Shown: piece by piece, positions 33,134-40,198 of the stretch
Layout of the letters: the number at the start of each line of letters is the position of its first letter
Position numbering within the stretch: the stretch's first letter is position 1
Source of the DNA: Candidatus Sungiibacteriota bacterium
GTDB lineage: Bacteria; Patescibacteriota; Minisyncoccia; Sungbacterales; HO2-52-23
DNA: 40,996 bases
Reading direction: 5' to 3'
Assembly: GCA_016181585.1 (NCBI GenBank)
Contig: JACOYX010000025.1
Span: 1-40,996 of the forward strand
Notes under the pieces: generated by a model
Database searches by the model: none
Seen by the model: the letters and a program-made list of their open reading frames with translations, nothing else
Told to the model about the DNA's origin: nothing
Translations under genes and position numbers: made by a program

Positions 33134-33162
33134 ATTATACATTTTTGTAACATAAAAGTCAA
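33134..33162 (-). promoter_or_regulatory. Near-consensus sigma-70 promoter
   Basis: Minus strand: TTGACT (33162-33157), 17 nt, TATAAT (33139-33134). Confidence 0.65.
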
Positions 33163-33333
33163 CTTTAAATAAAAATAACCGCTTATATATGGGGTTGTTT
33201 TTATTAACGGGATATATTGGATTTAGTTCGAACGGAGTTTGGGCTTGAAATTTCTGGCGGGCGAAGCCAAAACGAACGGCGGGATTGAGCTCTTTAACAA
33301 TTTCAAGTTTTTCTTTGGCGGCAAATTCTTTGC

Positions 33334-33882
33334 CTAGGAATTTATGAAAAAATATAATACAAAATGAGCTACTACATAGGCAAATAAAGTGAGTAAAAAT
33401 AGGTAGGATAATACTATACTATCGAAATAATTCATTGCTCTGCGAGACCGCTTTAGCAAAAAATAAACTATTGAGTAGATGAGAATTGCATTAAAGAAGA
33501 TATCTACACCAATTACAGGAATAGAGGCAAAAGCATCTATGTAGTGGCAAAACAAATAATCTTTAGAACTCGAACACAACGGTAATAAGAGTTGGACAAG
33601 TAAAAATTCTCCTATTATTGAAATATTGATCAACCAAAATAAAATTTTATTGTGGTAAACACGAATTAAATCTGTTGAATCTACTGTTACCGGACTATGT
33701 GATTTTTCAATCGGCTTCGACGTTTTTTTGACACTAATGATCCAAGCAGTTAATAGCACTATTACAAATATCGGTAATAAAAGAAATGAGTATACCAATA
33801 ACCAGGAGCCAGCTGACGACCCGCTAGCGTATGTGATTGCCAGTATTAACAAAAGCATTAGTGTCAGTAAAACTTTATTCAT
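33334..33882 (-). CDS. Multi-pass membrane protein, unknown function, visibly AT-rich
   Basis: About 5 hydrophobic helices. ATG 33882 (MNKVLLTLMLLL), or TTG 33939 as in the track. No motif recognised. Confidence 0.6.
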   Translation of the reverse strand: MNKVLLTLMLLLILAITYASGSSAGSWLLVYSFLLLPIFVIVLLTAWIISVKKTSKPIEKSHSPVTVDSTDLIRVYHNKILFWLINISIIGEFLLVQLLLPLCSSSKDYLFCHYIDAFASIPVIGVDIFFNAILIYSIVYFLLKRSRRAMNYFDSIVLSYLFLLTLFAYVVAHFVLYFFINS

Positions 33883-34015
33883 ATAAATGAAAAAATTTCT
33901 TTTGCCCTTCTTTGATAAATCCTTTTTCTTTTCGCCCAAAAAGCCCCTTCAGATTCTATGCGAGCGGCGCGTCTCGCGCCGCGAGCTGACCTCTTCAAAT
34001 TTGCATTTTCCCAAC

Positions 34016-34089
34016 TGGCGGGGGCACTAGGATTCGAACCTAGATCGTTCGTTTTGGAGACGAAAATTCTGCCGTTGAACTATACCCCC
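34016..34089 (-). tRNA. tRNA-Trp (anticodon CCA), 3' CCA encoded
   Basis: Acceptor GGGGGTA/TGCCCCC, discriminator G, then CCA. Anticodon arm TTCGT-CTCCAAA-ACGAA, T arm CTAGG-TTCGAAT-CCTAG. Confidence 0.88.
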
Positions 34090-34746
34090 CATTTTTTCCA
34101 AAAATATTGTTGCGGTGGCTAACAGCTCTCTGGCTGTCTGATTACTATGATAATAAATTGTACTGCATCCAGGATAGTTTTTTCGAATGCGTTTTCCCGT
34201 ATGTGGTTTCAAAAAAGGTTTAATGAATTGATTCTTGGGAATGCGAGCCACGGATGACCAAAAAGCAATTTGTTTTTCTGTCTTGTGATATTCGTGTAAA
34301 TGCAAACAGACCCGGATTTTGGACTCATCAATAGGAAATGACCTTCGGAAAAGCGTAAGAAAAGTTTTAATTAATTGAGGATCTGAATTGGTGAAGCGCA
34401 CTCCATTAAAAGTATTTTTAGCGCCCTCACACCAATACAGAAGAGAACAAATCAGTTTGCAAATAGTTTTATCAAAATTAATATCTTGCAGGTCGTTTAT
34501 AGCCTGTTGTTTATAGCTCGCAATAATCTGCTCGGTCTTTTTTCGTTTGTTTTCTGCCGAAATAAGTTGTCCAAGCTTTATTTTTGTAAGTAATCTTTCC
34601 CGCGCAGAATTGGTAAGGGATATATTCCGAACCCAAACAGAAGCACTGCCTTTGGCTACCCCCAGCTCTTTTACAATTTCATTTAGAGAGTATCCTTGTT
34701 CTCTTAATGAGATGGCACGTCGTTTTTCTTCTATTTTTCGTTTCAT
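34027..34746 (-). CDS. HTH + LAGLIDADG-like protein, paralog of 15644..16315; its 3' end overlaps tRNA-Trp
   Basis: HTH GYSLNEIVKELGVAKGSASVWV and LAGLIDADG-type LICSLLYWCEGAK. The last 20 sense codons and the stop (34027-34089) are tRNA-Trp sequence. Confidence 0.6.
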   Translation of the reverse strand: MKRKIEEKRRAISLREQGYSLNEIVKELGVAKGSASVWVRNISLTNSARERLLTKIKLGQLISAENKRKKTEQIIASYKQQAINDLQDINFDKTICKLICSLLYWCEGAKNTFNGVRFTNSDPQLIKTFLTLFRRSFPIDESKIRVCLHLHEYHKTEKQIAFWSSVARIPKNQFIKPFLKPHTGKRIRKNYPGCSTIYYHSNQTARELLATATIFLEKMGGIVQRQNFRLQNERSRFES

Positions 34747-34838
34747 ATCCGAACTGGCAATCTATTAAATAAAGATAAACCGCTAGTTCAATGATATCAC
34801 TATTTACTTTACAGAAGAAGAAAAGTTATTCACACCGA

Positions 34839-34997
34839 CTACTTTTTTGTTTCTTTGTGCGAAATATGCTTTTTGCACCACCGGCAATACTTTTTGAGAT
34901 CGAGTTTGCGCTCAACTTTTTTCTTGTTTTTGCGGGTCCAATAGTTGATGCGCTTGCACTTGGTACACTGGAGTTTTATAAGAAATGGTTGTGGCAT
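34839..34997 (-). CDS. rpmG: 50S ribosomal protein L33
   Basis: Hand translation: MPQPFLIKLQCTKCKRINYWTRKNKKKVERKLDLKKYCRWCKKHISHKETKK (52 aa, CxxC...CxxC). It is below the track length cutoff. The plus-strand ORF 34791..35003 is its shadow. Confidence 0.9.
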   Translation of the reverse strand: MPQPFLIKLQCTKCKRINYWTRKNKKKVERKLDLKKYCRWCKKHISHKETKK

Positions 34998-35063
34998 AGA
35001 TAAAGAGTTTTAGCGGATTTTTCCGATGAACCTAAACTAACAGCTAAAAGCGAATTTGGCAAG

Positions 35064-35135
35064 AGCCGATGGTCGGGATTGAACCGACGGCCTACTCCTT
35101 ACCATGGAGTTGCTCTACCACTGAGCTACATCGGC
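35064..35135 (-). tRNA. tRNA-Thr (anticodon GGU)
   Basis: GCCGATGTAGCTCAGTGGTAGAGC..., anticodon arm ACTCC-ATGGTAA-GGAGT, T arm GTCGG-TTCAATC-CCGAC. Confidence 0.9.
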
Positions 35136-35192
35136 AGTATATATTTCCACTTCGCTTTTAAGGGACTATTGCCGAATACCCTTTGAAGCGCA

Positions 35193-35273
35193 TGCCCTCG
35201 GGAGGATTTGAACCTCCACGCCTTGCGGCGCTAGCTCCTAAAGCTAGTGTGTCTGCCGTTTCACCACGAGGGC
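35193..35273 (-). tRNA. tRNA-Leu (anticodon UAG), long variable arm
   Basis: Acceptor GCCCTCG/CGAGGGC, anticodon arm CTAGC-TTTAGGA-GCTAG, variable arm CGCCGCAAGGCG, T arm GGAGG-TTCAAAT-CCTCC. Confidence 0.88.
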
Positions 35274-35310
35274 GGAACAAGGGTGTTTACATATTATCTC
35301 AATATTACAT

Positions 35311-35347
35311 AAAAAATCAATCCCGGTCATACCGGAATTGATTTTTT
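35311..35347 (-). terminator. Hairpin terminator at the end of the pilin-like gene run
   Basis: AAAAAATCAAT-CCCGGTCATACCGG-AATTGATTTTTT. Symmetric, with A/T runs on both sides. Confidence 0.65.
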
Positions 35348-35354
35348 ATGTAAA

Positions 35355-35405
35355 GGGTTTGTTGCCGAATATCACTTATGAGCCGCAACTCCATAAACTC
35401 GTTCA
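35355..35405. repeat. Family B left-arm fragment
   Basis: GGGTTTGTTGCCGAATATCACTTATGAGCCGCAACTCCATAAACTCG matches the left arm of 30536-30789. Confidence 0.55.
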
Positions 35406-35705
35406 AAATCCTATTTGACTGCACGAGCCGAAGAAATCGCAAAGTACTTTCACAATGCCCCAGGCGGAGGCCATGATGAACATGCCAACAATACCCCACT
35501 GCATTACTTTCTTCCCTTTATCGAGTTTTGCATCACTCCCTTGGCTTCCAACGACATAGGTAATCACGCCATAGAGAAAAATAACCGTCGCAAGAACAAA
35601 CAGAAATTTTATGGCGGGGCTCAAGAGACCCACAATAATAGCATTTACGAGACTGTCTACGGTCGTATTTTCGACTGCGGCATATGCTGAATGAATAAAG
35701 GGCAT
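35403..35705 (-). CDS. VirB2/TrbC-like two-helix pilin-like protein, copy 5 (short or absent signal peptide)
   Basis: ...AIKFLFVLATVIFLYGVITYVVGSQGSDAKLDKGKKVMQWGIVGMFIMASAWGIV. Start uncertain: ATG 35705, or 35801 overlapping the upstream gene. Confidence 0.6.
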   Translation of the reverse strand: MPFIHSAYAAVENTTVDSLVNAIIVGLLSPAIKFLFVLATVIFLYGVITYVVGSQGSDAKLDKGKKVMQWGIVGMFIMASAWGIVKVLCDFFGSCSQIGF

Positions 35706-35712
35706 AGTGAAA

Positions 35713-36069
35713 TTATGGTTGTCGTGGAATATCTGTGGGAATACCCTGTCCGCCGACACCAAAATATTGAATAATAATATTGACGATCCCCCATACTGCA
35801 AGCATCACTGCGAGCCCTATAATACCGTATAGCATAAGACTGCGCGCCGCTTTCTGCTCCTTTTCTTCTGAACCTTTGGCGATGTACTTTATGACGCCCC
35901 AGAGGAAAATGAGCGTAGCGAAGACAAAGAGGAGGGGAATGATGATATTATTGAACGTGTCTAAAATGCGGTTGATGATTCCCTCTATAGCCTGTGGATT
36001 TTGCGCAAACGCGGCGTAGGGCACGAGTAGCGACCCGACTGATATAATTTTGAGAAGTGCTCTATTCAT
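35713..36069 (-). CDS. VirB2/TrbC-like pilin-like protein, copy 4
   Basis: Signal peptide MNRALLKIISVGSLLVPYAAFA, then helix, charged loop KGSEEKEQKAAR, helix. Confidence 0.7.
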   Translation of the reverse strand: MNRALLKIISVGSLLVPYAAFAQNPQAIEGIINRILDTFNNIIIPLLFVFATLIFLWGVIKYIAKGSEEKEQKAARSLMLYGIIGLAVMLAVWGIVNIIIQYFGVGGQGIPTDIPRQP

Positions 36070-36117
36070 AGAAAATAAAACCCAAATAATATTAGTAATG
36101 CAATTCGACCGTTTGTA

Positions 36118-36471
36118 CTAGAATTCTCCCGGCTCATCGGGAATTTTACCGATATTTCCAGACAAGAAGTACTGAATGAGGATATTCACGATACCCCAGA
36201 CTGATGCCATAACCGCAAGCCCTATAATACCATAGAGCATCAGGCCGCGCGCCGCTTTCTGCTCCTTTTCTTCTGAACCTTTGGCGATGTACTTTATGAC
36301 GCCCCAGAGGAAGATAATGGTTGCCAAAACAAAAAGAAAGGAAATCACTACGTTAATAGTGCCTCCTATATTGGAGAGAATTTCATTTAACTGGTTTTGT
36401 GCGCCCGCCTGCATGGGAACCAAGGATGCAAGCACGAAAAGGGTTGGATACAATTTATAAAGCTGTTTCAT
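36118..36471 (-). CDS. VirB2/TrbC-like pilin-like protein, copy 3
   Basis: Signal peptide ending MQAGA. Same helix-loop-helix layout. Shares a 66-nt identical block with copy 4. Confidence 0.7.
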   Translation of the reverse strand: MKQLYKLYPTLFVLASLVPMQAGAQNQLNEILSNIGGTINVVISFLFVLATIIFLWGVIKYIAKGSEEKEQKAARGLMLYGIIGLAVMASVWGIVNILIQYFLSGNIGKIPDEPGEF

Positions 36472-36544
36472 TATTATATTAGTAATTAATAAGCTGATTA
36501 AAGTGTTATTTTTTTATTTGGAACACGAACCGACCTTTTTTAAA

Positions 36545-36617
36545 GGGTCTATTGCCAAATGCCGTTTCTACTGCAATTTCATAATTTAGTTACGAAAGCG
36601 CGTCTGGCAACAGACCC
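36545..36617. repeat. Family B short hairpin element between pilin-like genes
   Basis: GGGTCTATTGCCAAATGCC ... GTCTGGCAACAGACCC, with an interior CTACTGCAATTTCATAATTT module shared with family A variants. Confidence 0.7.
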
Positions 36618-36618
36618 T

Positions 36619-36960
36619 TTATAATGTCTTCACAAAATTTACGAATCCATAGGCAAGCGCGGCGGCGCCCACGATGACTGCAGTGCCGATAAGCGTCCAG
36701 AGAAGTGTTTTCCGCGCCTCCTCGACACCCTTCATGTTTCCCCGCGCGGATGAAGCAACAAACTTAAAACCGATGTAGACCACTAAAAGTATGGCAATAG
36801 GGATTACGATAACAATGAGTGCGTTGATTAAGTAGAGAATAAACGAGGGGATATCGGTAAATCCTATCGGATTTGGATATTCTTCTTCCGCATACGCAAC
36901 GGATACTGGTGAAAGCATAACAAAAAACTGAACAGCAAACAATGAGAGGTTTTTCCACAT
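36619..36960 (-). CDS. VirB2/TrbC-like pilin-like protein, copy 2
   Basis: Signal peptide ...SPVSVAYA, then IVIVIPIAILLVVYIGFKFVASSARGNMKGVEEARKTLLWTLIGTAVIVGAAALAYGF. Confidence 0.7.
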   Translation of the reverse strand: MWKNLSLFAVQFFVMLSPVSVAYAEEEYPNPIGFTDIPSFILYLINALIVIVIPIAILLVVYIGFKFVASSARGNMKGVEEARKTLLWTLIGTAVIVGAAALAYGFVNFVKTL

Positions 36961-37059
36961 AATAATAGTTCCTATAAATTAGCAACTATAGAAGCTAGTA
37001 ATTAAAGTATTTTGAATTTCTAGCGGCTATTGACTAGTCGCTAATCGCTAATTTAGTCG

Positions 37060-37503
37060 CTATCCCAATGTTTTAGCAAAATTTACCGCCGCATAGACCA
37101 GCGCGGCTCCGCCGACGATGATGGCTGTGCCTATTATTATCCACTGGAGCATGACGCGGGCGTCTTTAAGCTTTGCTTCGTTGCCAGATGCGGAAGCCGC
37201 AACAAACTTAAATCCCGCCCAAATCAGCGCCGCAACGGCAAAAGGAATAGCAAGTTTCATAAGCGCCGTAGAGAGGTGCTCTATGAGAGTGGGCAGATCG
37301 CTGGCATTGAGCGGGTTTTCGATGCGAATACTATACGCGAGGGCGGGATGCGCGTAGCTTAAGAGAGTAGCATACGGCAATATATATTTATTTGAAAATA
37401 TTTTCACAAGCGTCTGTGCAATTGCGAGGAATACTCGACGAAGCAATCTCTTTATCCGAATAATTATAAATTCACAAACTCTTCGGTAATCAAAAAATAG
37501 CAT
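37060..37503 (-). CDS. VirB2/TrbC-like pilin-like protein, copy 1 (start uncertain)
   Basis: ...LLSYAHPALA cleavage-like site, then AIPFAVAALIWAGFKFVAASASGNEAKLKDARVMLQWIIIGTAIIVGGAALVYAAV. An internal GTG near 37405 is a plausible alternative start. Confidence 0.65.
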   Translation of the reverse strand: MLFFDYRRVCEFIIIRIKRLLRRVFLAIAQTLVKIFSNKYILPYATLLSYAHPALAYSIRIENPLNASDLPTLIEHLSTALMKLAIPFAVAALIWAGFKFVAASASGNEAKLKDARVMLQWIIIGTAIIVGGAALVYAAVNFAKTLG

Positions 37504-37627
37504 ACTAGATCGAGAAGAAATACGGAAGTATAGATATCCATTATTTTGTGAAGCGTGTAATGTGTAACATATAGCGCAAGAATTTTTTAAATATTGAGTT
37601 ATACGTTACAAGATTTGCGATACACGG

Positions 37628-38734
37628 TTACGTGCATTGTCCTGTTTTAAATTTTTGTTCGACCGAATTTACTTTTGGGATATATTCTCGCGTTACGCCG
37701 TAGCCCGGGTGGCCGTCGCGGGAATTGGGAAGTGTGTGTTCGTTGTTGTCCCATTCGCATTCAAACCTAAACATGCGTTCCTTACTGCAATTTGCGCTTG
37801 GTTGAATTGCTTTTTTCCCTGCGTTATAGGCGGCCGATGCCAAATCGTCGGCGGAATAGACTGTTGTGGCCTTGGGTGCAAACTCTTGCCTTAGCTGACT
37901 ATAGTATTGAGTGCCTTTCATGATATTATACGCCGGATCCGCAAGCTTTACTAAGGAAGCTTTTGAATCCAGATCGCGCGCGGTCTCAAGCCGCATTTGC
38001 ATAAGACCATGAGAGTGCCCGCCATCGTTGTCCGTACTCATGGCGTCGGTCCGCCCCCCGGATTCCACGCTGATAATGGCTTTAATGCGTTCAGGACTTA
38101 CTCCGTAGCGCGCGGAGGCTTCGTTGATGGCATCGTTATATGTGCTCGTATTCGCGCAGGCCGCATCTCCTATAGGGTTTTTAAGAGCCATTCCTTCGTC
38201 TCCGGTAGTGCTCTCCCATGCCTCGATATCGGCGCCCGTTTTTCCGTCTATGATATCTTCATTTTTTTTTGTATTGTCTACCGTGGGAAATGCGGGAGAA
38301 TTGCATTCTATCTCATTCCACGGCCGGCCGATGCCCTTAATTTGCGCCGCACCGCTTCCGACAATTTCTTGTCCGACAAGGATTTTAATCAAAGTATCGA
38401 TCGCAAGCCACGAAACCAAAACTATCACTACCCCAAAAAGCGAGTTTTTGATTATTTTTTTTCCTTTTTCAAGAAGTCCGGGGGAAGCTGTCGCAAAGAG
38501 CATCAAAATCCCGCCGTAGGCAAGCATGACAATCGCGATAATAACCGCCGCGCTCATCCCGAAGTTGATAAGGTTTTGCAGAAGTTTAAAAATATCACAT
38601 GCGGTACAGATATTTTTATCTCCGCAGGCGGGAACCAAAGGGCCAAAAAATTTAAAGTTGGTTTGGGCTTGGGCGATGGATGCAGAAAAAGCAAATAGAA
38701 GGAAAATTAAGCTAGTAGTTCGGAATCGAGACAT
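37628..38734 (-). CDS. Secreted fusion: pilin-like two-helix N-domain + SLT-type lytic transglycosylase (VirB1-like)
   Basis: ATG 38734 with signal peptide MSRFRTTSLIFLLFAFSASIAQA. Pilin-like segment: MSAAVIIAIVMLAYGGILMLFATASPGLLEKGKKIIKNSLFGVVIVLVSWLAI. C-terminal SLT motifs: ISVESGG, GLMQM, AAYNAG. Confidence 0.8.
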   Translation of the reverse strand: MSRFRTTSLIFLLFAFSASIAQAQTNFKFFGPLVPACGDKNICTACDIFKLLQNLINFGMSAAVIIAIVMLAYGGILMLFATASPGLLEKGKKIIKNSLFGVVIVLVSWLAIDTLIKILVGQEIVGSGAAQIKGIGRPWNEIECNSPAFPTVDNTKKNEDIIDGKTGADIEAWESTTGDEGMALKNPIGDAACANTSTYNDAINEASARYGVSPERIKAIISVESGGRTDAMSTDNDGGHSHGLMQMRLETARDLDSKASLVKLADPAYNIMKGTQYYSQLRQEFAPKATTVYSADDLASAAYNAGKKAIQPSANCSKERMFRFECEWDNNEHTLPNSRDGHPGYGVTREYIPKVNSVEQKFKTGQCT

Positions 38735-38747
38735 GATTGAGTGCGAT

Positions 38748-38828
38748 AAATCATGAATCAAGAATAATGAATCAAGGGGAAATTAATTCTCATGCATGAT
38801 TCATAATTTATAATTCTTGATTCAAGGT
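38748..38828. repeat. Family E intercistronic hairpin, second copy
   Basis: AATCATGAATCAAGAATAATGAATCAAGG ... CATGATTCATAATTTATAATTCTTGATTCAAGG. Same GAATCAAGAAT word as 2200-2273. Confidence 0.55.
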
Positions 38829-40099
38829 AGTAACAACCGCAATTGTTCTTTTAGCTGATTAAACGCTTGGGGAAAGGTTGCACTGCGGGTGGAAATCGAT
38901 TCCACTGCATCTTCAAATAGTATTTTTGTCTTTTGGTAGTCAGGTACAGGCCAACTTTTTGCGATAAGCGATTGGCGCCAAAACACTTCAGATTCAAGCG
39001 GCGGTGCTTTGATAGTGAGTACGTCGCGCCGCGCAGGGGCTAAATCGGTGAGATCGGTATATGTGCTTGCTTGGGCATTGTTGGTGGCAAAAGCAATAAA
39101 GTTCCATGCATCGACGGGGTGTTTGGAGAGTTTTGATACTGTCAAAAACACATAGCGGCCATAGGCAGAGGGTTTTTGGGTATCGGATAGCTGGATAAAA
39201 GGAGCAACTCCCATATTGATATGCGAATTTTTTGCTTTAATACGGGCAATATCGTTGGAAAAGCCAAAAATCATGGCGGTTTTTTCTTCCGCAAAGGCAT
39301 CCTGCGCACGCGGAAGTAAATTCGACCAGGTAAAATTTTGTTTGGTGCGGTCTGCAAATGAAGCGTAAAATGCGAGCGCGTCTTGTGACGGCTTTTCCAT
39401 GGTGATCATATTTTTGGCGCGATTAATGATAGGATCGCCATTTTGGAGGATCATTGCGCTTATGATCTCGAAGGCGTATTCAATGTTTTTCCCGCTACCT
39501 AGTGCAATGCCGGATTTTGCGACATCTCCTGCAGGAGAGATTTGAGTCAATTTGCGGCTTATTGTGGCCAGTTCGTCCCAATTTTGCGGGGGTTTTGCGA
39601 TACCGGCGATATTGAATAGGTCTTTGTTATAAAAAAGCGCCAAAGAGTCAGTATAAAGCGGCATACCGTATATATTGCCGTCTTGTCCGATAAGGTCGGA
39701 TGCGGCGATGTCTACAAATGCCTCGGTGAAGTTGTTTATGGAAATGCGAAGCGCTTGCTGGGGTAGAGGATATAGTTTCTCGCGATGCTGAATAAGCCGC
39801 GAGTTTTCAAGCATAAAAACGTCAGGGCCGGTATTTTCCGCAAGCCGCTCAACAAGCGTGGATTCATATGTTTCTTCAGGGAAGCGGGTATAATGGACGG
39901 TAATATGGCTATTTACTTCCTGAAATGGCTTTATAATGGTACGCCATATGTTTTCCTCGTCGCGAATCCCCCATAGCTCAATGGAAAAAGGTGCGGGGCG
40001 CGAAGGCTTGAGTCCCGGCAGGATGCCCAAAATTATGAGCATAAGAATTGCTATGACAAAAACGATTACTCCAGTGATGATAGTTTGGGATTGAGACAT
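38822..40099 (-). CDS. Membrane-anchored extracellular solute-binding protein (ABC-type, family 1-like), with no cognate permease or ATPase adjacent
   Basis: N-terminal TM anchor IITGVIVFVIAILMLIILGIL. 425-aa periplasmic-binding-protein-like sequence (GPDVFML..., YNKDLF..., PQNWDEL). Confidence 0.7.
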   Translation of the reverse strand: MSQSQTIITGVIVFVIAILMLIILGILPGLKPSRPAPFSIELWGIRDEENIWRTIIKPFQEVNSHITVHYTRFPEETYESTLVERLAENTGPDVFMLENSRLIQHREKLYPLPQQALRISINNFTEAFVDIAASDLIGQDGNIYGMPLYTDSLALFYNKDLFNIAGIAKPPQNWDELATISRKLTQISPAGDVAKSGIALGSGKNIEYAFEIISAMILQNGDPIINRAKNMITMEKPSQDALAFYASFADRTKQNFTWSNLLPRAQDAFAEEKTAMIFGFSNDIARIKAKNSHINMGVAPFIQLSDTQKPSAYGRYVFLTVSKLSKHPVDAWNFIAFATNNAQASTYTDLTDLAPARRDVLTIKAPPLESEVFWRQSLIAKSWPVPDYQKTKILFEDAVESISTRSATFPQAFNQLKEQLRLLLP

Positions 40100-40167
40100 A
40101 AGGAAACGTAAAATATAAATATCAAAATGAAAAATTTTAACGTCCCGCTTCGCAGGATTTATCTATA

Positions 40168-40198
40168 AGACCTGCTGATCAAAGATAATTCTGCTGCT
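40168..40198. repeat. Solo family A-like terminus
   Basis: AGACCTGCTGATCAAAGATAATTCTGCTGC compares with AGACCCACTGATTAAAGATAAATCTACTGC at 24399. Confidence 0.45.

Noticed and set aside
33050-33331. Roughly 95-codon open frame with no ATG/GTG/TTG start (…KEFAAKEKLEIVKELNPAVRFGFARQKF…KIKEGK*), ending in an ATGA overlap with the 19-aa micro-ORF
   Set aside because: It has no usable start codon, and upstream it continues as nonsense into the preceding membrane-protein gene. It also contains the near-consensus promoter at 33134-33162, so I treat it as non-coding leader or promoter DNA. A gene remnant cannot be excluded.
34791-35003. 70-aa plus-strand ORF
   Set aside because: It is the shadow of rpmG (L33) on the opposite strand.
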